DNA of 64,000 nt from a virus (taxonomy: Duplodnaviria; Caudoviricetes): positions 1 to 64,000 of the IMG/VR virus record IMGVR_UViG_2899924645_000001; one strand, written 5' to 3'. The notes under the pieces are model-generated. The model made no database searches and had not been told where the DNA came from. It saw only the letters and a program-made list of their open reading frames with translations. The position numbers and the translations under genes were made by a program. Positions 52,880 through 62,577 of the stretch are shown piece by piece (within the stretch, counting starts at the first letter, position 1; each line of letters starts with the position of its first letter).

Positions 52880-54951
52880 TGGGGGCATACGTTTCGCGTG
52901 AAACATTGCTCGCTGTTCGCCGCTCGGTCGAACTCGGCCTTAGCAGCCTTCGCGCCGAGCTGTTCCAGACCTTGAGCGAATGGGCGGTGGATCACTTCAA
53001 GCTCGCGGGGGAAAGCTCGCACCAGAAAGGCGGATGGATCGCTTGGTCCTTTCAGGTCGGCATGCTCGACTTCATGAGCGATGACCGAATCGAAGAGCTC
53101 GACGTAATGAAGTCGAAGCGCGTCGGCTACACCAAGATGATTACCGCCTTCGTCGCCTACAACATCGCGCACCGCCGCCGAAAGCAGGCCCTATGGCAAC
53201 CGACAGACGACGACCGCGATAGCTACGTCAAGAGCGAAATCGATCCGTTGCTGGATGCTCGCGACGGTGTGCCAGCCGTGCAGGCCGCTCGGCGCAAGGG
53301 CGGTGGCAACGACGACACAATCAAGATGAAGAAGTTTCGCGACAGCGTGCTTCATCTGCTGGGCGGCAAGGCGAAGCGCGCCTATCGCCGAATCACCGTG
53401 GCCGTGGCCATCCTCGATGAGTGGTCTGCGTTCGATCAGACCATTGAGAAGTCGGGCGATCCTGGCGGCCTGGCGAAAGGGCGGACCGAAGGCGCCGCAT
53501 ACCCGAAGTTTGTCGGCGGCTCGACGCCCGGCTTCAAGGGGCTTTGTCACGTCGAGCGTGCGGCCGGCAACGCCGAAGGCTTCGTGCGCTTCCACATCGA
53601 CTGCCCGCATTGCGGCTTGGAGCACCCGCTGATGTGGGGTGGCCGCGAGAAGCTCTTCGGCTTCAAGTGGGAGCGGGGCCAGCCTGCGACGGTGCGGCAT
53701 GTCTGCCCGCACTGCCACGAATCCATCAGGCAGAGCGACTACCTGCAAGGCGGCTTGCCGACGCAGGGCGTATGGGTCTGTGAGAAGACCGGCAAGCGCT
53801 TCGGTCCGGATCGAGTCTGGCGCGACGCGGCAGGCATGCCCACTCGGCCGCCGAAGTCCCTCGGCGTGCATGTGTGGGCGGCCTACAGCCCGCAGCGCAC
53901 ATGGGAAAGCATCGTCAAGGAATTTGAGGAAGCGCTCGATGCCTTGCAGCGCGGCGACGCCGGACCGATGCAGCTCTTCGTCAACGAGACGTTGGGCGAA
54001 ACATGGGAGGTCGTAGGCGAACGCACCGACGACCACGAGCTGCAGGCACGCGCCGAACCCTTTCCCCTGCGCACCGTGCCTGCTGGCGGCTTGGTGCTAA
54101 CGGCCGGCGTAGACGTGCAGCGAGACCGTTGGGAAATCGATGTATGGGCATGGGCGCGCGGCCTCGAATCTTGGATCGTCGATACCCATGTCATAGAAGG
54201 CAATCCCGCTTCGGAAGCCGACTGGGCTCCGGTTACCGAGTATTTGAGCCGGCGCTACCTGCAAGCCTGGCACGGCGGCTCGATGGGACTGAGCGCCATC
54301 TCGATTGACTCCAGCGACCAGACCCAAGCCGTCTACAACTGGGTGCGCAAGGTTCAACACCAGCTGCCGAAGCTGCGCGCCATCAAGGGCCGAGGCGAGG
54401 AAAACATCCCGGTGCTCGGTCCGAGCAGTGCGCAAGAGGTGAAGTGGAACGGCAAGCGTTGGCCGAACGGCGTCAAGCTCTGGAGCGTTGGAGTCGACAC
54501 CGCGAAAGACCTGCTGCTGGGGCAGCTATCGATTGTGGAGCCTGGCCCGGGCTATGTGCACTTCAGCGCTGAGCTGCCGCGCGAGTGGTACGAACAGTTG
54601 ACGGCAGAGCAGCGAATCCTCGTGAAGGTGGGCGGCCGAGAAACCTATCGGTGGGTGAAGCGCCGTCCACGAAACGAACGGCTCGATTGCCGCAACTACG
54701 CATTGCATGCCGCCTTCGGCCTGGGCTTGCACAACTACACCGACAAGCGTTGGAGTGAGCTGGAGGCTTCGGTGCAGCCGCCGCGTGACCTGTTCTCGGA
54801 GTCCCTACCTGCCCCCCTCCAAGCATTGCCACCGGAGAGCACTTCGGCAACTGCCGCAGAGCACGCGACCCCCGCACTCGAGTCCGCCTCCCGCCCTCAC
54901 ACTCCCGCGCCGGCAACGCGCGCTCGGACCTCGTTCGGACGAGATTGGTAA
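52879..54951 (+). CDS. Terminase large subunit, lambda gpA family
   Basis: KSKRVGYTK, ILDEW, GGSTP, CPHC, LTAGVDVQ, PRNERLDCRNYA. Confidence 0.95.
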   Translation: MGAYVSRETLLAVRRSVELGLSSLRAELFQTLSEWAVDHFKLAGESSHQKGGWIAWSFQVGMLDFMSDDRIEELDVMKSKRVGYTKMITAFVAYNIAHRRRKQALWQPTDDDRDSYVKSEIDPLLDARDGVPAVQAARRKGGGNDDTIKMKKFRDSVLHLLGGKAKRAYRRITVAVAILDEWSAFDQTIEKSGDPGGLAKGRTEGAAYPKFVGGSTPGFKGLCHVERAAGNAEGFVRFHIDCPHCGLEHPLMWGGREKLFGFKWERGQPATVRHVCPHCHESIRQSDYLQGGLPTQGVWVCEKTGKRFGPDRVWRDAAGMPTRPPKSLGVHVWAAYSPQRTWESIVKEFEEALDALQRGDAGPMQLFVNETLGETWEVVGERTDDHELQARAEPFPLRTVPAGGLVLTAGVDVQRDRWEIDVWAWARGLESWIVDTHVIEGNPASEADWAPVTEYLSRRYLQAWHGGSMGLSAISIDSSDQTQAVYNWVRKVQHQLPKLRAIKGRGEENIPVLGPSSAQEVKWNGKRWPNGVKLWSVGVDTAKDLLLGQLSIVEPGPGYVHFSAELPREWYEQLTAEQRILVKVGGRETYRWVKRRPRNERLDCRNYALHAAFGLGLHNYTDKRWSELEASVQPPRDLFSESLPAPLQALPPESTSATAAEHATPALESASRPHTPAPATRARTSFGRDW

Positions 54952-55268
54952 ATCACATGACACAAGCATCGCCCACCCCAGCGCTCGACTCGTTGTTGCA
55001 GTCTGAGCCGGACCTCGTTGATCGCATCTTTGACTACCTCATTGAAGTGCATCCGGAGATTGCCGGCCTGAAGCTCGACGACGCACGGCGCGCAGTCCGC
55101 AGCCACCTGGCAGGAAGCCGGTACTACGTCGCGAGCCGCAAGCGCGACGACCTTGCTAGCCGCGTGCTTTCCCTCTTCAACGGCCGCAACGCGACCGAGG
55201 TCGCGCGAAAGCTTGGCGTCAGCCGAGCCACGGTGTATCGCTGTCTCAAGCAGCCGCGACGCGAGTAA
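54945..55268 (+). CDS. Mor-family transcriptional activator
   Basis: LAGSRYYV..FNGRNATEVARKLGVSRATVYR. Confidence 0.8.
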   Translation: MVNHMTQASPTPALDSLLQSEPDLVDRIFDYLIEVHPEIAGLKLDDARRAVRSHLAGSRYYVASRKRDDLASRVLSLFNGRNATEVARKLGVSRATVYRCLKQPRRE

Positions 55269-55271
55269 TCG

Positions 55272-55300
55272 CGTCTCAGTTTTTGGCTTGAATTGAGACG
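55272..55300. promoter_or_regulatory. Dyad CGTCTCA-N15-TGAGAC, copy 1 (upstream of gpW)
   Basis: CGTCTCAGTTTTTGGCTTGAATTGAGACG. Confidence 0.65.
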
Positions 55301-55345
55301 GAGCGCGGAATAGCGTGAATGCCTCTATCGACACCCTTCGTACGA

Positions 55346-55567
55346 ATGTCCCAATCCTCTTACACCTCCGAAGACCTCGCCGCTGTGCGACGAGCAATCG
55401 CCAGCGGCGAGCTCTCTGTCATGCACAACGGGCGCCGTGTCGAGTACCGCAGCATGGATGACTTGCTGAAGGCCGAGACGCGCATCGAGGGCGAGCTGCG
55501 CGCTTCTGCCGGACGTCCGCGAGGCGGTGTGCGCCGCTTCACATTCACCACCTACCGCGGCGAGTAA
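55346..55567 (+). CDS. Head-tail joining protein, gpW-like
   Basis: AIASGELSV..GRRVEYRSMDDL. Confidence 0.85.
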   Translation: MSQSSYTSEDLAAVRRAIASGELSVMHNGRRVEYRSMDDLLKAETRIEGELRASAGRPRGGVRRFTFTTYRGE

Positions 55568-55572
55568 AGCGA

Positions 55573-57021
55573 ATGGCCAATCTCTTGGATCGAATCATCG
55601 GCGTGATCAGTCCCGACCGGGGCCTGCGCCGGCATCGCAGCCGCGAGTTGCTGAAGCGAGCTTACGAAGGGGCGAGTACGCGCGACGGGTGGCGTCCAAA
55701 GCGGGCAGGTGCAAGCGCAAATGCGGATCACGCGGCCGACGCGCGGACGTTGCGCGTGCGCGCACGGTCCTTGGAGCAAAACGTGCCGTACATCGCACAA
55801 GGCTTGCGTGCACACAGTGCGAACATCATCGGGACAGGGATCATTCCGAGATGGAAAGACAGCAAAGAGCACGCGCTAGCCTGGCAGGAGTGGGCGCCAT
55901 TCGCTGACGCTGATGGCCGCCTCGATGTCTACGGCCTGATGTTGCTGGCACATCAGACCGCACAACGTGATGGCGAGGTGTTGCTCCGCGTTCGGAATCG
56001 CCGGCCTACCGATGGGCTGCCCGTGCCCATTCAGTTTCAGGTCCTAGAAATCGATTGGCTCGACGACAGTCGCATGGGGCGCATCGACGGGTACAACGTC
56101 ATCGAAGGGATCGCCTACAGCGCCATCGGCAAGGTAGTCGGCTACTACCTCTTTGACCAGCATCCGGGCGAGCCGATCATCTTTGGCGGACGCAGGGCGA
56201 CGAGCAAGTTTGTGCCTGCTGAGAGCGTGATTCACTACTTTGCGCCAAGTAGGCCCGGGCAGGGGCGCGGCTTTCCGCGCGTGGCGCCTGTGATTGCGCG
56301 CACACGCGACCTGATGCTGTACGAGGATGCAGAGCAGCATCGAAAGAACCTCGAAACGCGACTGGCTGTCATCGGCTCCGGCGACGTTGACGGCATGGCC
56401 GAGGGAGAAGGCGAGAACATCAACGAGACGCGCAGCATGGGCGAGCTTCCCAGCGGCGGGATGATGCAGGTTCCCTCCGGAACGAATCTCACGGTCGTGC
56501 AGCCAAATGCGGCGCCTGGGTATGTCGAGTACCTGAAGATGCAACTTCACCTAATCGCTGCAGGTGCCGGGTGGACCTACGAGATGATGACGGGCGACGT
56601 GCGGGAGGTGAGTTTCACCAGCGCGCGAATTCGACGGCTCGACTACCGGCGTGAGGCTGAGCAGGAGCAGTGGCTACACGTCATTCCGCAGCTGATCGGG
56701 TCGATGGTGCGAGCCTTCTCGAATGCCTGTGAACTCGCAGGGCGCGTTAAGAAAGCGGACTACAACGTGCGCTATGCCACGCCCAAGTGGGAATACACGA
56801 ACCCGAAAGACGATGTGGCTTCAGACTTGGACGAGATTGCTGGCGGACTAAGCAGCTACAGCGAAAAGCTGCGTAGTCGTGGCTATGAGCCGGACGAGGT
56901 GTTCGCAGAACTTGCCGAAGACATAGGCAAGCTGCGAGAGCTCGGGATCATGGATGTCATCATGATGATGCGAAAGGGGAAGCAGATGGCTGAAGAGGGG
57001 GCAGCGACAAAAACGGGATAG
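55573..57021 (+). CDS. Portal protein, lambda gpB family
   Basis: YEGAS..LRVRARSLEQN..RPGQGRG..YEMMTGD. Confidence 0.93.
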   Translation: MANLLDRIIGVISPDRGLRRHRSRELLKRAYEGASTRDGWRPKRAGASANADHAADARTLRVRARSLEQNVPYIAQGLRAHSANIIGTGIIPRWKDSKEHALAWQEWAPFADADGRLDVYGLMLLAHQTAQRDGEVLLRVRNRRPTDGLPVPIQFQVLEIDWLDDSRMGRIDGYNVIEGIAYSAIGKVVGYYLFDQHPGEPIIFGGRRATSKFVPAESVIHYFAPSRPGQGRGFPRVAPVIARTRDLMLYEDAEQHRKNLETRLAVIGSGDVDGMAEGEGENINETRSMGELPSGGMMQVPSGTNLTVVQPNAAPGYVEYLKMQLHLIAAGAGWTYEMMTGDVREVSFTSARIRRLDYRREAEQEQWLHVIPQLIGSMVRAFSNACELAGRVKKADYNVRYATPKWEYTNPKDDVASDLDEIAGGLSSYSEKLRSRGYEPDEVFAELAEDIGKLRELGIMDVIMMMRKGKQMAEEGAATKTG

Positions 57022-57043
57022 AAACTTCTTCTAATCCCCCCGG

Positions 57044-57676
57044 CTATTCCTGTAGCTCTTCCTCGATAAACTCGTTCGAAAGTACTTCTATGGTGCAGCA
57101 ATAGTGCGCGCGATCAAGATTCACCTCTTTCAGAAATGCGGTCGCCTTCAATACTGAAATCACCTGATAGCTAGACGAAGTTCCCTCAATTGGGAAGATT
57201 CCACCACGTCGATATCCGCGCGGGGTTACGAATTGAGTTGGGAGATGCCTCTCGGAAACAACACAGAGAAATGCTCGAATTCTGGAGTTGTGTTCTGCGA
57301 TTTCTGCAAGTCTAACAAGGTCCCGGTTGATCAACGAACTTGCAGATTTTGCGCGCTTGACCTCAATAGCGAATCTTGGGATTTTCCTCTTTCCCTCCGG
57401 CTCTTGAATCGTCTCCCATACCGAAAGGTCGACCCGAGCACCATCGCCAATTTGTGCATATTTATTTTGTTTGACAAACTTCTTGTAAGGCTCTTCACAG
57501 TGCAGAGAGTATTTGTCTCCCAAATGAGCGTGAATGAGGTTACAAAGCTCGGCGACCAAAGCGCCCTCTGTTAGAGCCCAGTCAGAATAGATGGTGCATC
57601 GATGACCGACCCAGAAAGCCAGCCTCTGTAAAGCTGATTTCAACCATTTGGGAGAGTAACGTAGAATTTCTTGCAC
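57044..57676 (-). CDS. PD-(D/E)XK-like nuclease-fold protein (moron)
   Basis: E(GAL)..RVDLSV..FAIEVKR..DLVRL spacing; AT-rich. Confidence 0.55.
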   Translation of the reverse strand: MQEILRYSPKWLKSALQRLAFWVGHRCTIYSDWALTEGALVAELCNLIHAHLGDKYSLHCEEPYKKFVKQNKYAQIGDGARVDLSVWETIQEPEGKRKIPRFAIEVKRAKSASSLINRDLVRLAEIAEHNSRIRAFLCVVSERHLPTQFVTPRGYRRGGIFPIEGTSSSYQVISVLKATAFLKEVNLDRAHYCCTIEVLSNEFIEEELQE

Positions 57677-57756
57677 GCGGGGGGGTACTAGACTTTTTAA
57701 ATGATGCAGAGAGCACAGAGTGCAACATGGTATTGGTGGGTAAATGAGTGCAATAT

Positions 57757-58641
57757 TTACCCTGAGATCGCGTAACGAAGTTGGTATTCAAATTTGAGTT
57801 CCGAGTTAACTGCATCGACACCTGTTCGCTGCTTCCGGACACGTAGAATTTTCACGAGGGCATACCCGCAGTTATTTCGAAAGATCACAATCTGCCCTTC
57901 ATCGACGGGCTTCGTGTAATAAGAGTCTTCAAACCATCGAGCAGGATCGTCGATCTCATCGAATGAGGTGCAATGCTTAGCCACTGCAACATTGAAATCG
58001 TAGTCGAGCGCGTAGATACTCCCGTCATCTCGATTCGTCCATCGAGTGTTGAACTCTCGTCCTGGCGACCCAAGCGTCCGTGAACCGACGCTGGCGTAAT
58101 CAAAAGCCGCCTTTCCGCTGTCGCGAACGGAAAAGTGAAATTTGCGGAAGAAGAGGTCGTTGTCGCGCCTCGCTTCGTTGCGAAGCTCCGGCGGGAAGTC
58201 GCGGGTTACTACACCGTTCGCATGAAAGGTTCGCCAAGCGAGCCCGCCTACATCGGGATTTGGGTCGCAATTTGCGATAAAGACACTCTTGAATCCCGTT
58301 TGAACTAGAAGGTCGGCGCAGCACAAACCAGCCGCCTTCTTTTTCGTACATGGTTCCAAGGTCACGTAAGCAGTTGCATCAGAAAAGTCAAACCCGTGCA
58401 TCTTCTCAATAAGAGCCTGCTCTGCATGAGCGTTGCTCTTAGCTACAAAGTCAACCAGATGCTCACCGTCAAGAAACTGGCCGCCTACGCCTTTAGCGTA
58501 CCAGCCGATAATTTTTGAGCCGCGTGCAAAAACTACAGCGACGCGTGGTGGAGGATTCGAGGACGTGGGGCTAACTACGCAGAGCTTAGCCTTATCAACA
58601 GCAAGTCTACAAAAGACGTAATGTGGATCGTTGGGCGACAT
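57757..58641 (-). CDS. RibD-like zinc deaminase without reductase, plus unknown beta-rich C-terminal domain (moron)
   Basis: HAE..YVTLEPC-x7-CC..DPNP. Confidence 0.8.
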   Translation of the reverse strand: MSPNDPHYVFCRLAVDKAKLCVVSPTSSNPPPRVAVVFARGSKIIGWYAKGVGGQFLDGEHLVDFVAKSNAHAEQALIEKMHGFDFSDATAYVTLEPCTKKKAAGLCCADLLVQTGFKSVFIANCDPNPDVGGLAWRTFHANGVVTRDFPPELRNEARRDNDLFFRKFHFSVRDSGKAAFDYASVGSRTLGSPGREFNTRWTNRDDGSIYALDYDFNVAVAKHCTSFDEIDDPARWFEDSYYTKPVDEGQIVIFRNNCGYALVKILRVRKQRTGVDAVNSELKFEYQLRYAISG

Positions 58642-58693
58642 AGAGAATATCTCTGTGTGTGTTTAGGCTCGGTCACAGTGGACCGTGAGGCAT

Positions 58694-59536
58694 TCAGCGG
58701 AACGACGTTGCAGAGTCAGGTTTGGGCCATTTCGCGTCTCGAATCGCTGTCAGGATTGTCTGAAAAGCGCCCATCCGGTACTCGTACGCAAGCGCCTCTT
58801 GAGACACCATGACTTGAAATCTGAAGCGCTCGTCGAGGACATCTTTGGAAATCGGTCGATTCAGGATTGAAGATGCACGATCCTGAAATTCGTAAGCTTG
58901 GGACACGTACTCCCCCACGGGCTGCAGCACTGACGGGTCGGCAGCTCCCCTGCGAGGCAAACTTGCAATATTCTCAAGTGCCTCTCGGCGCTTATCGTCG
59001 AGAACCTTGCCGGTGTTAGCTAGGAGTTGTGCGAGAAAATCGTGATCTGACTTAGTCAAGACTGACGTTGCCTTGTTCAGTTCTGCAGCAGATGTCAAGC
59101 ATGAAGATACTTCGAGTGAGAGATTAACGATGCGCTCATGACGAACCGCGCGCGACTCCTTTATCCCAGGTTGACCGATTGACAGTCTCGTTTCGGCACA
59201 GCGATCGGCGGCTGATCTAGCAAGTTGCTGCGTGAAGTTCAAGCGCCGCTGCTCGTAAGCCTCGCGTTTTGCCAACGCAATGTCCTTCTGTGCATTCTTG
59301 AGGTCAACTTCTCTTTGAGCGATCAGTTCATCTAGTACGGCCTTCTGATAAAGCGGTATCACCGTAAAGTAGAAGCCAAAAACGGTTGCAACCAGAGCGC
59401 CGACCTGCGCGATATATCCGAAACGAACAAGCCACAGATCGGCTTTGGGTTGCTGTGGAACGGACGTTTGTGTGTCGGCAACGCGTTGCGATTCTGATCG
59501 GCGTCGCTGCACATAAGCGGGCGTCTTTGATTTCAT
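58694..59536 (-). CDS. Single-TM coiled-coil hypothetical protein (moron)
   Basis: TM IAQVGALVATVFGFYFTVIPLY then coiled coil; likely start near 59536. Confidence 0.6.
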   Translation of the reverse strand: MKSKTPAYVQRRRSESQRVADTQTSVPQQPKADLWLVRFGYIAQVGALVATVFGFYFTVIPLYQKAVLDELIAQREVDLKNAQKDIALAKREAYEQRRLNFTQQLARSAADRCAETRLSIGQPGIKESRAVRHERIVNLSLEVSSCLTSAAELNKATSVLTKSDHDFLAQLLANTGKVLDDKRREALENIASLPRRGAADPSVLQPVGEYVSQAYEFQDRASSILNRPISKDVLDERFRFQVMVSQEALAYEYRMGAFQTILTAIRDAKWPKPDSATSFR

Positions 59537-59686
59537 TGTGGTCTGCCATCCCCCATGCGTTGATCGAAACTTGCGCAATCGTAATCTGAAGCATCGATAG
59601 CGACGACTGTCTGCTGCTCCTCCACATGCAGAAGGTTGGCGAACAATTCTGATCTTGGCCCCAAGAAATCCTTCTCTCATCCAAAT

Positions 59687-59715
59687 CGTCTCAGTTTTTG
59701 CCTCGAAATGAGACA
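59687..59715. promoter_or_regulatory. Dyad CGTCTCA-N15-TGAGAC, copy 2 (upstream of protease-capsid)
   Basis: CGTCTCAGTTTTTGCCTCGAAATGAGACA. Confidence 0.65.
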
Positions 59716-59738
59716 GCGTGCCGGGCACAGTTCCCCGC

Positions 59739-61844
59739 ATGCCTCAAGCACAAGACACCATCACTCGCCGCGACGATCTTCCGCTGGCAGGTCGCACGAT
59801 GGAGCTTCGCGGCTTCACTCGTGCCGCAGAAGAGGGCGCAGCTCAAACCGACATCCCTCTCGCAACCGCGCAGCTCGTCTTCACTGCCGGCGCGAGCGTT
59901 CGTCGCTACGACTGGTATCGCGAGCGCAGCTACCTCGAACAGCTCGTCGTTGAAGAAGGCGCCATTCGCCTCGACCGCCTGACGCGCGGAGCGCCGCTAC
60001 TCAACACGCACAACGCATGGAGCCTGGAGGCTCAACTGGGCGTTGTCGAGAACCCGAGCATCGATGCCGGCGCAGGCCTGTGCGACGTGACGTTCTCGCG
60101 CCGCGAATCCGTCGCGGGCTACGTGCAGGACGTTGCAGACGGAATCATTCGAAATGTCTCGGTGGGGTATGTGCGCCATCGCGTCGAGATGGTGCCGCCC
60201 GAGGCCGACGACGGCGAGTGGCTGTACCGCGTCATCGACTGGGAGCCCTACGAGGTTTCTCTCGTGCCGATTCCTGCCGACATGGATTGCCAAGTCCGCG
60301 GCACTGAAGCGCAACCGCCAGCCGGCGCAGATGCCGCGCAACGCATGTTTCCCTGCGAGTTCATCGAAGTTCGCAGTCGACCCGAATCGCCCACGGTGGG
60401 CGCCTCCGCCGCAATTTCAACCCTGAAGGAACCTTCCATGCCTCAAGCCACCGCCGGCGGCTCCGCCGCGACGACTGAACAACAACGCTCCGCGCCCTCG
60501 GGTGCACAAGACGCGCCGGCCGCAACAGTAAACGCCGCCGTCGATGCTGCTGCTGCGGCAGCGGCGCAGCGTGCCGCTGACATCAGCGAGGTGTGCGCAC
60601 GTCACAACGTTGCGCATCTCGCGGCCGGCCTCATCCGTGGAGGTCAATCGGTCGAGCACGCTCGTGCTGCCGTGCTCGAAGAGCTGGCGTTGCGCGACGC
60701 GGCAAGCGGCGGCCATCGCAACGTGCGCATCGAAACCGTGCGCGACGAAATGGCTACCCGCCTGGCTGGCCTGGAGCAGGCCATCATGCATCGCGTTGCG
60801 GCCGGCACGCAGCTCGACGACAACGGCCGCCAGTACCGGGGCATGAGCCTGTTGGAGATGGGGCGCGACCTTCTCGAAGCTCACGGCGTCAAGACCCGTG
60901 GCATGGAGCGCATGCAATTGGCGACTGCCATTCTTACCTTCCGCTCCGGCGGCATGCACACGACGAGCGACTTTTCTTCGGTGCTCGCCAATGTCGCGAA
61001 CAAGCGGCTGCGCGGCGTCTACGACGAGAACCCGGGCACCTATGGCTTGTGGGCGCGCCGTGCGCCGAACGCGCCGGACTTCAAGAACATCAACGTCGTG
61101 CAGCTCTCGGGTGCGCCCGAGCTGCTGCGCACCAACGAGCACGGCGAGTTCAAGTACGGAACGATGAAGGACGGCGCGGAGACGTACGGCATCGTGACCC
61201 ATGGCCGCATCGTCACCCTGTCGCGTCAGGCGATGGTCAATGACGACCTGCGGGCGTTCGACCGAATGATTTCCGGCTTCGGCGGTTCGGCCCGCCGCCT
61301 CGAGAACCGTCTGGTGTATGCGCAGCTCACGGGCAATCCGACGATGGGCGATGGCGAAGAGCTCTTCAGCGAGGAACACAAGAATGTGAGCACTGGTGCT
61401 CCGTCCGCGCTGCAGTTCTCCGCGCTCTCTGCGGGCCGTACCGCGATGCGGCTGCAGCGCGGTTTGCAAAACGAAGAGCTGAACCTGGCGCCGAGCTACC
61501 TCATCGTGCCTGCTGCGCTGGAGCAAACCGCCTACCAGCTCACCAGCTCCAACTACACGCCGGCAAAGCAAGCCGACGTGAACGAGTTCCGCGCGGGCGG
61601 CCGCACTTCGCTGGAGCCCATCGTCGAGCCGATCCTCGATGCCGTGAGTGCTTCGGCGTGGTATCTGGCCGCCGCGAACTCGCAGGTCGATACGGTCGAG
61701 TACACGTTCCTCGATGGTGCCGAGGGTCCTGTGATCGAGTCCGAAATCGGCTTCGAGATCGACGGCGTTTCCTACAAGTGCCGCCACGACTTCGCCGCGA
61801 AGGTGGTCGATCACCGCGGCCTCCATCGCGCAGACGGCCGTTAA
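59739..61844 (+). CDS. Prohead protease-major capsid fusion
   Basis: N-terminal PLLNTH..NVSVGY..WEPYEVSLVPIPAD protease; C-terminal TSDF..DFK..NDDL capsid. Confidence 0.88.
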   Translation: MPQAQDTITRRDDLPLAGRTMELRGFTRAAEEGAAQTDIPLATAQLVFTAGASVRRYDWYRERSYLEQLVVEEGAIRLDRLTRGAPLLNTHNAWSLEAQLGVVENPSIDAGAGLCDVTFSRRESVAGYVQDVADGIIRNVSVGYVRHRVEMVPPEADDGEWLYRVIDWEPYEVSLVPIPADMDCQVRGTEAQPPAGADAAQRMFPCEFIEVRSRPESPTVGASAAISTLKEPSMPQATAGGSAATTEQQRSAPSGAQDAPAATVNAAVDAAAAAAAQRAADISEVCARHNVAHLAAGLIRGGQSVEHARAAVLEELALRDAASGGHRNVRIETVRDEMATRLAGLEQAIMHRVAAGTQLDDNGRQYRGMSLLEMGRDLLEAHGVKTRGMERMQLATAILTFRSGGMHTTSDFSSVLANVANKRLRGVYDENPGTYGLWARRAPNAPDFKNINVVQLSGAPELLRTNEHGEFKYGTMKDGAETYGIVTHGRIVTLSRQAMVNDDLRAFDRMISGFGGSARRLENRLVYAQLTGNPTMGDGEELFSEEHKNVSTGAPSALQFSALSAGRTAMRLQRGLQNEELNLAPSYLIVPAALEQTAYQLTSSNYTPAKQADVNEFRAGGRTSLEPIVEPILDAVSASAWYLAAANSQVDTVEYTFLDGAEGPVIESEIGFEIDGVSYKCRHDFAAKVVDHRGLHRADGR

Positions 61845-61909
61845 CGCTGCCCATGCCGGCGGCTGGGTCTGGCCGCCGACGCCTCCCTTCACTCACCTAA
61901 GGAATCACC

Positions 61910-62254
61910 ATGAAGAACTACCGCCAAGCGGGCAGCGTGCTCACGCTGACCCCCTCCGTTGCTGTCGCCTCCGGCGTCGGCTACCTCTTCGGTGCCGCCC
62001 TGTTCGGCATCGCAACCTCGGACGTTCCGGCAAACACGCCGGGGGAGTTCAAGACCGATGGCGTTTTCGACCTGGGCAAGACGGCCGGTGTCGCTGTCAG
62101 CGTGGGAGATCGCCTCTTCTGGGATGCGACGAACAAGGTCGTCAACAAGACCAGCGCGAGCCAGGAGTGCATCGGCGTTGCGGTCGAGTCCGCTGCCGGC
62201 GCCGCTGATGTCGTGGCCGTGAAGCTGGGCGCAAGCCTGCCTGCGGCCACCTGA
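61910..62254 (+). CDS. DUF2190-family capsid-associated protein
   Basis: MKNYRQAG..VASG..GVFDL..LFWD. Confidence 0.85.
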   Translation: MKNYRQAGSVLTLTPSVAVASGVGYLFGAALFGIATSDVPANTPGEFKTDGVFDLGKTAGVAVSVGDRLFWDATNKVVNKTSASQECIGVAVESAAGAADVVAVKLGASLPAAT

Positions 62255-62274
62255 TACGCCGCCGCTGCCCCGCC

Positions 62275-62577
62275 ATGACCACTCCCTTCGCAGCACTTCA
62301 AGACCGAGTGAATCGCGCGCTTGACCGGCACCTGACGAATGCGCTCGCGCAAGTCGAGGGCGCCTCCGATCCGGTGCCGGTCGAGTTCGATGAGCCCTAT
62401 GCACCGTCGTTCGACGATCAGGTGGACGCGCAGGCCCCTGAGTGCTGGGGGCCTGCAGCCGCCTTGGGCGGTCTGGAACGGGGCGACTCTCTTCTCATCG
62501 ACGGCAGGCTCTTCGAGGTCTTGCGGTCGAAGCCGGACGGCACGGGCCGCGTGCATCTGATTCTGCGGGGCGCGTGA
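62275..62577 (+). CDS. Head-tail joining protein
   Basis: Position; PDGTG..LIL motif. Confidence 0.7.
   Translation: MTTPFAALQDRVNRALDRHLTNALAQVEGASDPVPVEFDEPYAPSFDDQVDAQAPECWGPAAALGGLERGDSLLIDGRLFEVLRSKPDGTGRVHLILRGA

Noticed and set aside
57757-58641. Annotation as riboflavin biosynthesis ribD (auxiliary metabolic gene)
   Set aside because: Reductase domain absent, N-terminal region diverged, no rib genes nearby
58736-58805. GTCTC...GAGAC pair resembling the late-promoter dyad
   Set aside because: Spacer about 60 nt rather than 15 and lacks the GTTTTTG core
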